Below are positions 45,289 to 54,768 of a DNA stretch of 55,732 nt, one piece after another (within the stretch, counting starts at the first letter, position 1; every line of letters begins with the position of its first letter). Under the pieces are notes generated by a model. It did not search any database. It saw nothing but the letters and a program-made list of their open reading frames with translations, and was not told the origin of the DNA. Source of the DNA: Candidatus Uhrbacteria bacterium (GTDB lineage: Bacteria > Patescibacteriota > Patescibacteriia > UBA9934); assembly GCA_943359325.1 (NCBI GenBank), contig CALRHD010000005.1, positions 1 through 55,732 of the forward strand, read 5' to 3'. Made by a program: the position numbers and the translations under genes.

Positions 45289-47076
45289 ATGTCGGTTGCA
45301 CTCCCGCGGAGTCACATGTCACGTTCACTCTACATCTACATCACGTTCGGCTTCATGGCTGTGGTGATGCTCTCAATCCAATCTTGTTGCGGCGACATTT
45401 GCCAGTTGGAGCGCGAGGCAGCGGCCAACAGGTACGGCGGCGGGCAGGACGCGATTACGATCGACTTGCCGTTCGACGTCGGTTACACGGCGCAGTGTGT
45501 GCAGGGTGCGAACGGGAGTTATTCTCACCGTTACACTTCGACCCGCTACGACGCCGACTTCGACACGCCGAACAATGTGCGTGACCCAGTCTACGCGCCG
45601 GTCGACGGTGTTGCATACGTTCATGACACCGACCGCACGACCAATTTCGGCGTGCACATCAACGTCGACATGGGCGACGGTACGTACGTCATTCTCGGCC
45701 ACCTCGACCAAGTGTTTGTTGACGACGGTAGTGACGTCGCAGCAGGGCAATTGCTCGGGTTCGAGGGCACGACGGGTGCGTCGACGGGCGATCATGTGCA
45801 TATGGGGCGACACGATGGCGATGCGTCGAAAGACGGCCGGTATGGCACGTCGATCGCTGGCCTCATGCTCAACGTCGACGACGTGACGGGGTCGCGGCAG
45901 GCGGCTGTGTCGACCTCCGACCTCGTGTGTAGTTTGACAAGCGGGCATCAGTACGCCTCGCTCCTGACGACACCGCGATGGCACCCCGACGGCAGTCTTG
46001 TGAAGACGCCCGAAGAAAGTACGGTGTACGTCATCGAAAGCGGCAATGCGCGACCATTCGTGGACGAAGCATCGTTCTGGAGTCGTGGCTACGACTTCGG
46101 CGACGTTGCACTTGTGAGCGACAATGAGCTCGGGTGCTTCGGTGCGGGCAGTACGGTGAGTGGCAACGCGGACGTTGGTGCGGTGTATGACCGCGGCGTC
46201 GTGTGGCTCGTCGTCGACAATGGCGGCGGCACTGCGCTGCGGCATCGCGTGGCATCAACAGGTTGGCAGGGCGTTTTGAAGTCGTGGGGCATTGTTGCCG
46301 CGACGTACGACGATCTTCCCACTGCGTCGACGAACGCAGCGTTCACTGCTTCGGGCGAAGCGACAGGTGCGGATTTCCGCGATGGCAGCCTCGTTTCCGA
46401 AGTGTCGTCGAGCACGGTGTACGTCATGAGTGGCGGCATCGCCATGCCCATCGAAACGTGGGACGACTACCTGCTGCTCGGATTCGAAAACCGTACGGTG
46501 ATCGAAGTCGACGACGGCGTGGTTGGTGCAATCATGGGTGCAGTCGGCGATTGTGGCATGAATGCGTATTGCGTGACGCGCAGTGACATCGTGATGTGCG
46601 GCGGGCCTTCGGGCGACGACGAAGGAACGTACCCCGACGGTGACGTGGGTGGTGTCGACACAGGTGCGGCAACACGCACAGAGGATTCGGGTGCCACTGA
46701 AGACTCTGCACCTGTCGGAGAAGGCGGACTCGTCGTGACGTGGTCGACATCGTCGGGCGCTGCAGCCGACCGTATCACACTCTCGGGGGAATATTCCCAC
46801 GAAAGCGGCTGGAGCGAAGGCTGGCAAACGCTTGGCGAAAGTCGAGGGTTACCATACTTCTCCTACGAAGTCATCGATGCCGAAGCGGGCGACGCACTTC
46901 GCTTTTCGGTGGAGTTCGTCGAAGGGTCAAACACGTCGTGGTCGTGCCTCGCGCCATTCCCTCCCGGAACGGTGCAGGGAAACGTCACCGCAACGTATCG
47001 CGGCAGCGCAGTCAGCGTCGCGGCCGTCGACGACCCGTCGAGCAACGGGTGCGGACTTTCGATCATCGTGCCATAG
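45289..47076 (+). CDS. M23-family metallopeptidase (LytM-like peptidoglycan hydrolase) with a long C-terminal extension
   Basis: SHRYTSTRYDADFDTP..VYAPVDGV matches the H..D motif region, and GTTGASTGDHVHMG is the HxH motif. Has an N-terminal TM (LYIYITFGFMAVVMLSI). The start is uncertain: ATG at 45289 or 45316. High GC3. Confidence 0.85.
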   Translation: MSVALPRSHMSRSLYIYITFGFMAVVMLSIQSCCGDICQLEREAAANRYGGGQDAITIDLPFDVGYTAQCVQGANGSYSHRYTSTRYDADFDTPNNVRDPVYAPVDGVAYVHDTDRTTNFGVHINVDMGDGTYVILGHLDQVFVDDGSDVAAGQLLGFEGTTGASTGDHVHMGRHDGDASKDGRYGTSIAGLMLNVDDVTGSRQAAVSTSDLVCSLTSGHQYASLLTTPRWHPDGSLVKTPEESTVYVIESGNARPFVDEASFWSRGYDFGDVALVSDNELGCFGAGSTVSGNADVGAVYDRGVVWLVVDNGGGTALRHRVASTGWQGVLKSWGIVAATYDDLPTASTNAAFTASGEATGADFRDGSLVSEVSSSTVYVMSGGIAMPIETWDDYLLLGFENRTVIEVDDGVVGAIMGAVGDCGMNAYCVTRSDIVMCGGPSGDDEGTYPDGDVGGVDTGAATRTEDSGATEDSAPVGEGGLVVTWSTSSGAAADRITLSGEYSHESGWSEGWQTLGESRGLPYFSYEVIDAEAGDALRFSVEFVEGSNTSWSCLAPFPPGTVQGNVTATYRGSAVSVAAVDDPSSNGCGLSIIVP

Positions 47077-47088
47077 GCAAACAATCTC

Positions 47089-47141
47089 ACGGCGTCTCTC
47101 CCTCGTTATCTCCCGAGGTTCTGAGGGGCGCCGTTTGTTTT
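47089..47141 (+). terminator. Possible compound hairpin terminator after the M23 gene
   Basis: acggcg..cgccgt closes an inner cctcg/cgagg hairpin and is followed by ttgtttt. Confidence 0.3.
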
Positions 47142-47189
47142 CGCGAATGACGTAACGGGGGACAACTCCACCGTACGACGTGCAGCATG

Positions 47190-47198
47190 TGTTATAAT
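47190..47198 (+). promoter_or_regulatory. Extended -10 element (TGTTATAAT), 10 nt upstream of the ATG at 47209; would give a near-leaderless mRNA
   Basis: tgttataat at 47190-47198. No good -35 and no SD before 47209. Confidence 0.3.
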
Positions 47199-47208
47199 TC
47201 CACAAACT

Positions 47209-49422
47209 ATGGACGTCGCGTCTATCTTTGCGTTTTTTTTGCGCGTGATCCGTCGGCACAAAGCTGTGCTCGTGGAAGGTTTTTGTGTTTTGACGGTGTG
47301 TGTTGGGGTGCTTGGCGTGTCGCACGGCGTGTTTGCTGCCCCTGAGGAAATAGTTGACTCCGCAGCACTTGGTCAAGGCGCCATAGACCAGCTCGTCAAT
47401 CTTGTTGCGCAATTCTTCAACTGGATCGCGACAGCCATTGGCCAGTTGATTCTCGTGCTCATTGGGATGATCCTTATTCCTATTCTGCATTACGACGGGT
47501 TTTCCTCAAGTTACATTGTCGGTCTTGGTTGGGCATTGACGCGTGACATTGTAAACATGTTCGTCGTCATCGTGCTCCTCGTTATTTCTGTTCTCACCAT
47601 TGTCGGCAGCCCAAAAGCAAACTGGCAGCAGCAAATTCCGCGGCTGTTCATTTACGTCATTGCCGTCAACTTCAGTCGTACTATTTGTGGATTTCTTATC
47701 GACATCGGGAACATTATCATGTTCCAATTTGTCAACGCACTTGTAGAAATCGGTGCTGGCAATTTTGCACAATTGTTAAAATTGAATGCAGTGGGCGACT
47801 ATACATCAGACCTCACGAAAGGCGTTCATGCATGGCAAAACCTTGGCGCCTCGTGGTTGCAGGTCGCACTCATGACCATGGTCCTTGCCGTTATCGGCAT
47901 CCTCGTTATCGTCATGCTCTACCGCATCGTCTTTTTGTGGGTGCTTATTATTCTTTCGCCTGCCGCATTCTTTTTGGGCGGCATCAAAGACGTTTTTTCG
48001 CAGGCCGGCAGTGCATACGGTGAATGGTGGAAGAAATTTACGTCCGCGATTATCTTGGGTCCGATTCTTACATTTTTCCTGTGGCTTGCGCTTGCAGTTT
48101 CGGCAAGCGGCGACATTGTCACAAAAGAAAACTTCCCCGTTGGCACTACGGAAAACGTCAGCGGACTTGTGCTCAAGGCATTCGACATTTCACAGATGAC
48201 GGGGCTTTTGCTCGGTCTTGTGCTTCTTGTCGTTGGCATGCAGCAAGCGTCTTCTGCCGCAGGTGCCATGGGCGGGCTTGCCGCAAAATTCGTGAACGAA
48301 GGCACGGGTGCATCCCTTGCAAAAGCCAGTCTCAAATGGCCATCGACATTTGGGCGTGGAGCATCTGCAGTAGGTAGCGGGGCGTATAAAACTGCAAATT
48401 ACATCGCGCCCGAAACAACCGCAGCACTCACCGCGTCAACATTACAGGGTGTTGGCAAACTTCAGTCAAAGGCGGGAACGGCATTGAGCAGCTCCCCATT
48501 GGCAGCGATTCCCGGAGTGGGTTACGTCGGCAGAAAAGTTTCCGAACGTGGAAACAAAACATATGCTGCGGGCGAACATATGAGCGAAGAAGAAACAAAA
48601 AAGGCGCAGGAAGGGTTCAAAAATGCGCCGGAAGAATACAAGCAAAAAATGTATCACTCTATGGCAACTGGCGGCAGGGCGCACGAGTCGCTTACTGCAA
48701 CGCAGCAGCAGGTGTTACGTCTGGGTTTGGCAACAAGTTTGAGGGATCAAAAGAATGTAGAAGAGAAGTTGAAGCCGGAGGAATACGAAAAACTCATGGC
48801 AAAGGTCATGAAAGAGACGCAACACGATGCAGACAATGGCCATTTGGACGATGCACAGAAAAAAGCATTCGAAGGCACAAAAACAAAACACATCGATATT
48901 CTTTTGGAGACGGACACTGCTGCAGCACAAAAGCATATTGACTCTGAAGACTTTAATCCTGCGCTTATTCGTAAGCGTGCTCTTGAAGGAAAGCCTGACG
49001 CTGCAGGGAACATGAGTGATGCAGCGATGGCGAGTCTTAATACGGTACGCAAGAGTCTCGATGGTCGCGTTATGCGTGTGACTGATGACGGCAAAGAAAT
49101 TACGGCACTTCATGAAGCGGCTAGTCATAGCGCCACAAGGCAATCAACAGGTCGCGGTGCTGCACGGGCTCCGAGTACGCCAAGTGGCATCCCTGTATAT
49201 GCAGGGAGCGAGGATCCTCGTGTGAAAGAAGCAAAAGCAAAGGCAAGAGCGGCAGCTGCTGCAGCGGGGACACCTCCAGCGCCGAGTGTGCCACCACCTC
49301 CTCTACCACCGGCTCGGCCTGCACCGCCACCTTCACCAACACTTCCTACTCCTCCATCCGCGCCACCTCCACTTCCACGTCCACGGCCGGGGACTATCCC
49401 GCCGTCAGGAGGAACACCATAG
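47209..49422 (+). CDS. VirB6/TrbL-like polytopic membrane protein with a long hydrophilic C-terminal half and a poly-Pro tail
   Basis: Signal-like N-terminus, then 6 or more TM segments (LILVLIGMILIPIL, MFVVIVLLVISVLTIV, LFIYVIAVNF, VALMTMVLAVIGILVIVML, WVLIILSPAAFF, AIILGPILTFFLWLALAV, LLLGLVLLVVG). C-terminal tail: PPAPSVPPPPLPPARPAPPPSPTLPTPPSAPPPLPRPRP. The assignment rests on topology and on its position upstream of PrgI/VirB4. Confidence 0.55.
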   Translation: MDVASIFAFFLRVIRRHKAVLVEGFCVLTVCVGVLGVSHGVFAAPEEIVDSAALGQGAIDQLVNLVAQFFNWIATAIGQLILVLIGMILIPILHYDGFSSSYIVGLGWALTRDIVNMFVVIVLLVISVLTIVGSPKANWQQQIPRLFIYVIAVNFSRTICGFLIDIGNIIMFQFVNALVEIGAGNFAQLLKLNAVGDYTSDLTKGVHAWQNLGASWLQVALMTMVLAVIGILVIVMLYRIVFLWVLIILSPAAFFLGGIKDVFSQAGSAYGEWWKKFTSAIILGPILTFFLWLALAVSASGDIVTKENFPVGTTENVSGLVLKAFDISQMTGLLLGLVLLVVGMQQASSAAGAMGGLAAKFVNEGTGASLAKASLKWPSTFGRGASAVGSGAYKTANYIAPETTAALTASTLQGVGKLQSKAGTALSSSPLAAIPGVGYVGRKVSERGNKTYAAGEHMSEEETKKAQEGFKNAPEEYKQKMYHSMATGGRAHESLTATQQQVLRLGLATSLRDQKNVEEKLKPEEYEKLMAKVMKETQHDADNGHLDDAQKKAFEGTKTKHIDILLETDTAAAQKHIDSEDFNPALIRKRALEGKPDAAGNMSDAAMASLNTVRKSLDGRVMRVTDDGKEITALHEAASHSATRQSTGRGAARAPSTPSGIPVYAGSEDPRVKEAKAKARAAAAAAGTPPAPSVPPPPLPPARPAPPPSPTLPTPPSAPPPLPRPRPGTIPPSGGTP

Positions 49423-49449
49423 CCCTCATTTGGGAGGAACGTTTGCGTT

Positions 49450-50982
49450 ATGGCACTTGTCGATTTAATGAAATATGAGATGTTCGCGAAGTTCCGCGGA
49501 AGGGAGGAGACGTTTGACTTCATGGATGGGCTGACGAGTCGTCATGACATTCCTTCAGAGCGCTGGAAAGAACTTCTCGACCTTACCGACGCCGTGTATG
49601 ATGGCGTCATTGAGGTTAAAGAGATTCCGGAGCTTTTGGCTCAGGCATTTGGTTTGGATGAAGCGAAGGCAGCGAAGTTGGCGCGCGACCTCGTGGCAGT
49701 GCAGTTGCTGCCCATGAAAGACGTTATGCCAGGGCTTGCGGAACAGATAGCAACATGGGGTGGTATGACTCCGCCGGCAAACGACGCGCCGCAAACATTC
49801 GATGAGTACGCTGATTCGTTGGCGCAGCGTACAAATGTCACGCTGACGTTTCAACATGCAAAGCGTTTGGCGACGCTCGTGAAAAGTTATCTTGACGGCA
49901 AAAAAACGCGCGACGATGTGATGCTGCTCTTGCAGCGACCGATTGTTGTCGGCGGGTTGGGGTTGACGCAAGAACAAGCGGCGGCGATGTTGCAGACTGT
50001 GGATGAGGAAAAAACAAAAATAAAAGTGGATAACTATGTGGGCGGCTCAGGTGCCCACATCAGTGGCGGTGACGTGGTAGCGAGTGCGATTGAGATTGTG
50101 CCATCGCACGAAGTTGCAAAGGAGACGCCCGTGGCGGCAGGAAAGAAACTGAAGGTGGAGAGTCCTGATGCAACGTCGAACGATCCCGTGCTTGAAGTAG
50201 CCGTAGCAGTCGCAGTGAATGCTGCGGCAGCGACGCTTGCAGAAAAACGCATTGCGAAAAAGGCGTTTGGTGATCTAGCGCGCATGGCAATTCGCGGCGT
50301 TCGCGATCCGTACCAAACGCGGAGTATTATTGAACGTGATTATAAAGTCGACGGCGAACCGCTCTTGTTGTTGATTGAGGCGATTATGGCGGGGATGGAA
50401 ACGTATCATGGAAAGGAAAGAGGTTCGGCGAATCCCCCTCCTTTGGAAGCGGGGGCAGGCGAACCGCGGGTGAGTGCGGCGAGGACGCTCGAAGAAGAGC
50501 GTGCGGAACAAGCAGCGAAGGTGACGCCCGAGCAATTGGCGGCAGTAGCGGAGGCGTCGAAGCCGGAAAAAGCGCACGCAATGTTGACCGTGGGGAGCGT
50601 TGTGCCACAAGCGGCAGGAGAAGTGCCGATTGTCACGGACATTCAGGCAACGCGGAGGCTTGTAGGGCCAGTAGAAGAGTTGGGCACGATGACGCCTGTC
50701 GAATTCCGTCGACTTTCTTCGAGTGCCGACGAGGCTGCACGCAAAATTGAGGACTTACTTCACGCACTTGAGGCAACGTCGTACGACGACCGCATTCGTG
50801 GCATTCAGGCGTGGCGGAAAAGTCCGATGTGTGTGCTGTATGCGCAAATGGCAAACGAAGCGTTGAACAACGGCATTGCGATGAGCGAAGTTGCAGCCCG
50901 ACGTCGTAACAAGGGCGACGAAAGTTTGAGTCCCGCAGAACTCGTGGCGGTTGCGACGTTGAATGCAAAAATTCGTTTTTGA
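49450..50982 (+). CDS. Hypothetical protein within the T4SS-like operon
   Basis: 510-aa ORF with GGGAGGA upstream. No recognisable motif. Co-directional and tightly spaced with its neighbours. Confidence 0.6.
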   Translation: MALVDLMKYEMFAKFRGREETFDFMDGLTSRHDIPSERWKELLDLTDAVYDGVIEVKEIPELLAQAFGLDEAKAAKLARDLVAVQLLPMKDVMPGLAEQIATWGGMTPPANDAPQTFDEYADSLAQRTNVTLTFQHAKRLATLVKSYLDGKKTRDDVMLLLQRPIVVGGLGLTQEQAAAMLQTVDEEKTKIKVDNYVGGSGAHISGGDVVASAIEIVPSHEVAKETPVAAGKKLKVESPDATSNDPVLEVAVAVAVNAAAATLAEKRIAKKAFGDLARMAIRGVRDPYQTRSIIERDYKVDGEPLLLLIEAIMAGMETYHGKERGSANPPPLEAGAGEPRVSAARTLEEERAEQAAKVTPEQLAAVAEASKPEKAHAMLTVGSVVPQAAGEVPIVTDIQATRRLVGPVEELGTMTPVEFRRLSSSADEAARKIEDLLHALEATSYDDRIRGIQAWRKSPMCVLYAQMANEALNNGIAMSEVAARRRNKGDESLSPAELVAVATLNAKIRF

Positions 50983-51020
50983 TAAAACGTGCAAAGAGAA
51001 AAGCATGATACAATGTATGT

Positions 51021-51461
51021 ATGGCAGGGCGTAATCAATACGTTGTTCCGCAATTCCTCGATGTCGAGGCGAAAATTATCGGGCCGGTGACGGCGCGACA
51101 GTTTTTGATTCTTCTTGCGGTGTTGCTTATCGAGTTTATTATCTACCGTGTATTTTTGAGTCTTTTCGCCATTCTCGGTCTGGGGATTCCTGTGCTCGCC
51201 CTTGGACTCATCTTTGCGTTTTTTCGCGTCAACGGGCAGCCGTTTCATTTTATTGCGCTCAATGTTGTGCAGACACTTCGCCGCCCTGCGCTTCGTGTGT
51301 GGGACAAAACACTTTCCGACGCTGATCTTCGTGTGTTTCTTAAAAAAGACGACAAACCGTTGCCGCCACCGCCGACACGCAAAGCGCCATTGTCGAGCTC
51401 GCGACTTTCTGAATTGACGCTCGTTGTGAACACGGGTGGCGTCTACGATCCAGAAGAATAA
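51021..51461 (+). CDS. PrgI-family (VirB3-like) small membrane protein
   Basis: YVVPQFLDVEAKIIGPVTARQFLILLAVLLIEFIIY matches the PrgI N-terminal signature (vP..id.e.ki.gplT.rQ), followed by two TM segments. Confidence 0.72.
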   Translation: MAGRNQYVVPQFLDVEAKIIGPVTARQFLILLAVLLIEFIIYRVFLSLFAILGLGIPVLALGLIFAFFRVNGQPFHFIALNVVQTLRRPALRVWDKTLSDADLRVFLKKDDKPLPPPPTRKAPLSSSRLSELTLVVNTGGVYDPEE

Positions 51462-51464
51462 TCT

Positions 51465-52154
51465 ATGCAATCCAAAAAACTTGCTAAGGCAAAAGCGGGG
51501 CCGTCGACGCAACGGTTCCTCGACATCGCGGAGATTCGCGAAAATGTTGTTGTCCTCAAAGACGGCACCATGCGCGCCGTTATGATGTCGTCGAGTATTA
51601 ACTTTGCGTTGAAGTCGGAAGATGAGCAGCAGGCGATTGTGCAAGGGTACATGCAATTTTTGAATGGCCTCGAGTATCCTATAGAGATTGTTATCCAGTC
51701 GCGAAAAATGAACATCGACGGCTATCTCGACCGCCTCAAAAAACAAGAAGATACGATTGCCAACGAACTCTTGAAGTCGCAAATTCGTGACTACACGTCG
51801 TTCATCACAGAGCTCGTAGAGTTGGGCGAAATCATGCAAAAGCGATTTTTTGTCGTCGTGCCGTTCGACCCCGTCACGGACAAATCGCAAAAGAACTTCA
51901 TGGCGAAAGTTTCTGCTGCAATTGCACCTGCGTCACTCATCCGGCTAAACGATAAAGTATTTAATACTCGCCGAGAATCGTTGCAGCATCGTGTCGACAC
52001 GGTTGCAGGGGGGTTGTCGAGCATGGGGTTGCAAGTCGTGCAACTTGATACGCAGGGACTTATTGAACTTTACTACACCGTGTACAACCCCGACCTATTC
52101 GATAACGAAAAAATGGCGGACGTGAATGCGTTGCGAGTGGAAACTAAGTTTTAG
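51465..52154 (+). CDS. VirB4/PrgJ-like N-terminal domain protein, a separate ORF
   Basis: TQRFLDIAEIRENVVVLKDGTMRAVMMSSSINFALKSEDEQQAIVQGYMQFLNGLEYPIEIVIQSRKMNID. This pattern forms the N-terminus of single-chain Gram-positive VirB4 homologues (Tn916 Orf16 / PrgJ type). Confidence 0.65.
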   Translation: MQSKKLAKAKAGPSTQRFLDIAEIRENVVVLKDGTMRAVMMSSSINFALKSEDEQQAIVQGYMQFLNGLEYPIEIVIQSRKMNIDGYLDRLKKQEDTIANELLKSQIRDYTSFITELVELGEIMQKRFFVVVPFDPVTDKSQKNFMAKVSAAIAPASLIRLNDKVFNTRRESLQHRVDTVAGGLSSMGLQVVQLDTQGLIELYYTVYNPDLFDNEKMADVNALRVETKF

Positions 52155-52160
52155 TTCGAT

Positions 52161-52290
52161 GGCGTTCGTTTGACTCAGAACATTCCTTGCACTCCACCTG
52201 CTGCGCTACGCCGTTCACGACTTGTAAACTCGTCGACGGCTGTGCGACAGACGTTACGTGCAAAGAATGTTCCGAGTCTGACGAACGCAC
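52161..52290. repeat. Long imperfect palindrome, family B, copy 2 (130 nt), filling the gap between the two VirB4 ORFs
   Basis: ggcgttcgtttgactcagaacattccttgcac ... gtgcaaagaatgttccgagtctgacgaacgcac. Confidence 0.8.
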
Positions 52291-52299
52291 AACCCACTT

Positions 52300-54222
52300 A
52301 TGGCATTTGACGTAAAAAATCTCGCGGCACAGGAACGGATTCCGCAGTCGGAAAAACCGAAACGCCCGCCGAGCGAAAAAGAACTGAAGGCTGCGGAAGA
52401 ACGCACGACGCTCGAAGAAGAGCGTGTGTATCGTCGCGGCATTGTTTCGGTGCGCGACCTCATTGCTCCTGCAGCGTTCCAGATTTTTCCGAATTATTTG
52501 TTGCTTGGTGAAACGTATGTCCGTACCATGTTTGTGACGACGTATCCGCGCTACCTCGGACTTGGGTGGGGTTCGCCGATTATTAACTACAACGGCACAC
52601 TCGACATTGCGATGTTTTTTTACCCTGTAAAGCCGGAAGTTATTTTGAAGCAGCTGAAAAATAAAGTTGGCGTGCTTGAGGCGCAATTGACCAGTGACAA
52701 CGAAAAAGGTGCCCCGCGCGACCCGATTCGCGAAACTGCGCTTCGCGACATTGAGCAGCTGCGCGACGACTTGACGCAAGGCATTGAACACTTTTTTCAG
52801 TTTGCATTTTACGTCAGTATTTACGCGAAGAGCAAAGAGGAGCTCGACAAACGTTCGGAACAAATCGAGTCAATTTTTGGCGCAAAACTTATTTATAGCA
52901 AGCGCGGGTTTTACCAAGCCGAGCAAGGGTTCAATTCTACGATGCCGCTCGGCAACGATGAACTCATGATTACGTTCAACATGAATACGTCGCCGATTGC
53001 GTCGTCGTTTCCGTTTACGTCGAGCGACTTGACCAGCGACAACGGTATTCTGTATGGGATTAATCGTCACAACAATTCTCTCATTCTTTTTGATCGCTTC
53101 AGTTTGCAAAATGCGAATGCGGTGGTGTTTGCAACGTCGGGTGCAGGAAAGTCGTATACGGTGAAGCTTGAAATTCTCCGTTCGCTCATGATGGGCATCG
53201 ATGTTATTGTTATTGACCCGGAAATGGAATACCGCCATTTGTCGGATGCGGTCGGTGGAACATACGTCAACGTATCGCTTGCGTCGGAGGCAAAAGTCAA
53301 TCCGTTTGACTTGCCGCGGGCGAAGGGCGAAGAAACGTCGACCGAAGACATTTTGCGGTCGGCAGTCATAACGGTGAAGGGACTGATGCGGATCATGATC
53401 GGCATGCCGCAGGGCGAAAAAGGTCATCTTGGTTTTACGCCCGAAGAAGATTCGCTGCTCGACCGTGCGCTGCTCGAAGCGTACGCAAAAAAAGACATCA
53501 CGCCTGACTTGCCGTCACTCGAAGGTGTGACATATCCCGTGCTGCAGGATTTGCAGGATGTGCTCGAAGGTATGGAAGGTGGTGCGTCGCTTGTTGCACG
53601 GCTACTCAAATTTACCGAGGGCACGTTTGCGGGACTACTCAATTCTCCGACAACGGTGGAAATGCGCAATCAACTTGTTGTTTTTTCTGTTCGGGACTTG
53701 GAGGACGAGCTGCGGCCAATGGGGATTTATAGCATCATCAACTACATTTGGAATGTGGTGCGGAGTGAACGAAAAAAGCGCATTCTCGTTATTGATGAAG
53801 CATGGTGGTTAATGCAAAATGAAGACTCGGCGAAATTTATTTTTGCACTCGTGAAACGGGCACGAAAATATTATTTGGGTGTTACAACCATCACGCAGGA
53901 CGTCAACGACTTTTTAACGTCGTCGTATGGGCAAGCTATTGTGACGAACTCGTCGCTTCAACTGCTGCTCAAGCAATCGCCCGCCGCGGTCGATTTGATT
54001 GCTACCACGTTCAACCTCACACAGAGCGAAAAGTATTTGTTGCTCGAATCTGCAGTCGGCGAAGGTATTTTCTTTGCAGGGCAAAAACATGCAGCAATCA
54101 AAGTTGTCGCGTCGTACACCGAAGATCAGATTGTCACCACGAATCCGCAGCAACTTCTCGAAATTGAACAGGCAAAACGTAACTTCGACCGTTCGCTCAC
54201 CGACGCAACGAAAAAAACTTAG
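52300..54222 (+). CDS. VirB4/TraE/PrgJ-type T4SS ATPase (C-terminal ATPase portion)
   Basis: IAPAAFQIFPNYLLLGETYVRTMFVTTYPRYL, Walker A FATSGAGKSYT, Walker B RILVIDEAWWLM, and TTITQDV. Confidence 0.9.
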   Translation: MAFDVKNLAAQERIPQSEKPKRPPSEKELKAAEERTTLEEERVYRRGIVSVRDLIAPAAFQIFPNYLLLGETYVRTMFVTTYPRYLGLGWGSPIINYNGTLDIAMFFYPVKPEVILKQLKNKVGVLEAQLTSDNEKGAPRDPIRETALRDIEQLRDDLTQGIEHFFQFAFYVSIYAKSKEELDKRSEQIESIFGAKLIYSKRGFYQAEQGFNSTMPLGNDELMITFNMNTSPIASSFPFTSSDLTSDNGILYGINRHNNSLILFDRFSLQNANAVVFATSGAGKSYTVKLEILRSLMMGIDVIVIDPEMEYRHLSDAVGGTYVNVSLASEAKVNPFDLPRAKGEETSTEDILRSAVITVKGLMRIMIGMPQGEKGHLGFTPEEDSLLDRALLEAYAKKDITPDLPSLEGVTYPVLQDLQDVLEGMEGGASLVARLLKFTEGTFAGLLNSPTTVEMRNQLVVFSVRDLEDELRPMGIYSIINYIWNVVRSERKKRILVIDEAWWLMQNEDSAKFIFALVKRARKYYLGVTTITQDVNDFLTSSYGQAIVTNSSLQLLLKQSPAAVDLIATTFNLTQSEKYLLLESAVGEGIFFAGQKHAAIKVVASYTEDQIVTTNPQQLLEIEQAKRNFDRSLTDATKKT

Positions 54223-54225
54223 TGT

Positions 54226-54768
54226 ATGTCTCGAAAAACCGAAGTCATTATCGCGATACTTGTCCTCGTGTTGCTCGCCATCCTTTTATTCTTTTTGTGG
54301 CCGAGGGGAAGGGAAGCGCCAGATGCCAACACCAAGAATCAAGGTGGAGGTGCAGAGAATACCGACGACGCAGTAGCAATCGAGGAACCCGCGTTGCCAC
54401 AGCACGCAACGCCGAATACGGTCGCACGTATTTTTGTGGAACGGTTTGGGAGTTATTCCACAGAAACCGACTACGCAAATGTGGATGATGTGATGCCGAT
54501 TGCGACGTCGTCGCTACAAAAGCGACTACAGACACTTGCCGAAGAAGCACGGCGTGCGGTTGCGGGGAGCTATTATGGCGTGTCGACGAACGTCATCAAG
54601 GTCACTGTGGAGTCGCAAACGGATGCGGCGGCAACACTGCTTGTAAAAACGCAGCGCGAGGAAGCGTTCGACAGCCCAGGGAATACGTCGGTGCGATATA
54701 CCGATATTCGTGTGGAGTTTGTGAAGGTGGGTGAGGATTGGTTTGTGAACGATTTTTCGTGGCTATGA
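54226..54768 (+). CDS. N-terminally anchored small protein, possibly VirB8/PrgL-like (NTF2-like)
   Basis: One TM (VIIAILVLVLLAILLFFLW), then a ~120-aa domain with the pattern FVERFGSYS..VIKVTVESQ..TLLVKTQRE..VEFVKVGEDWFVNDFSW. The assignment is by size, position and pattern only. Confidence 0.45.
   Translation: MSRKTEVIIAILVLVLLAILLFFLWPRGREAPDANTKNQGGGAENTDDAVAIEEPALPQHATPNTVARIFVERFGSYSTETDYANVDDVMPIATSSLQKRLQTLAEEARRAVAGSYYGVSTNVIKVTVESQTDAAATLLVKTQREEAFDSPGNTSVRYTDIRVEFVKVGEDWFVNDFSWL

Noticed and set aside
45373-46827. Long minus-strand ORFs (290 aa, 190 aa) and several plus-frame ORFs within the M23 gene region
   Set aside because: High GC3 in the M23 gene suppresses stops in the other frames. 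Only the 45289-47076 frame has M23 motifs.
50805-51890. 361-aa minus-strand ORF spanning the PrgI and VirB4-N genes
   Set aside because: The plus-strand genes carry clear family signatures (PrgI N-terminal motif, VirB4 N-domain). The antisense product is an Arg/Lys/Phe-rich shadow.
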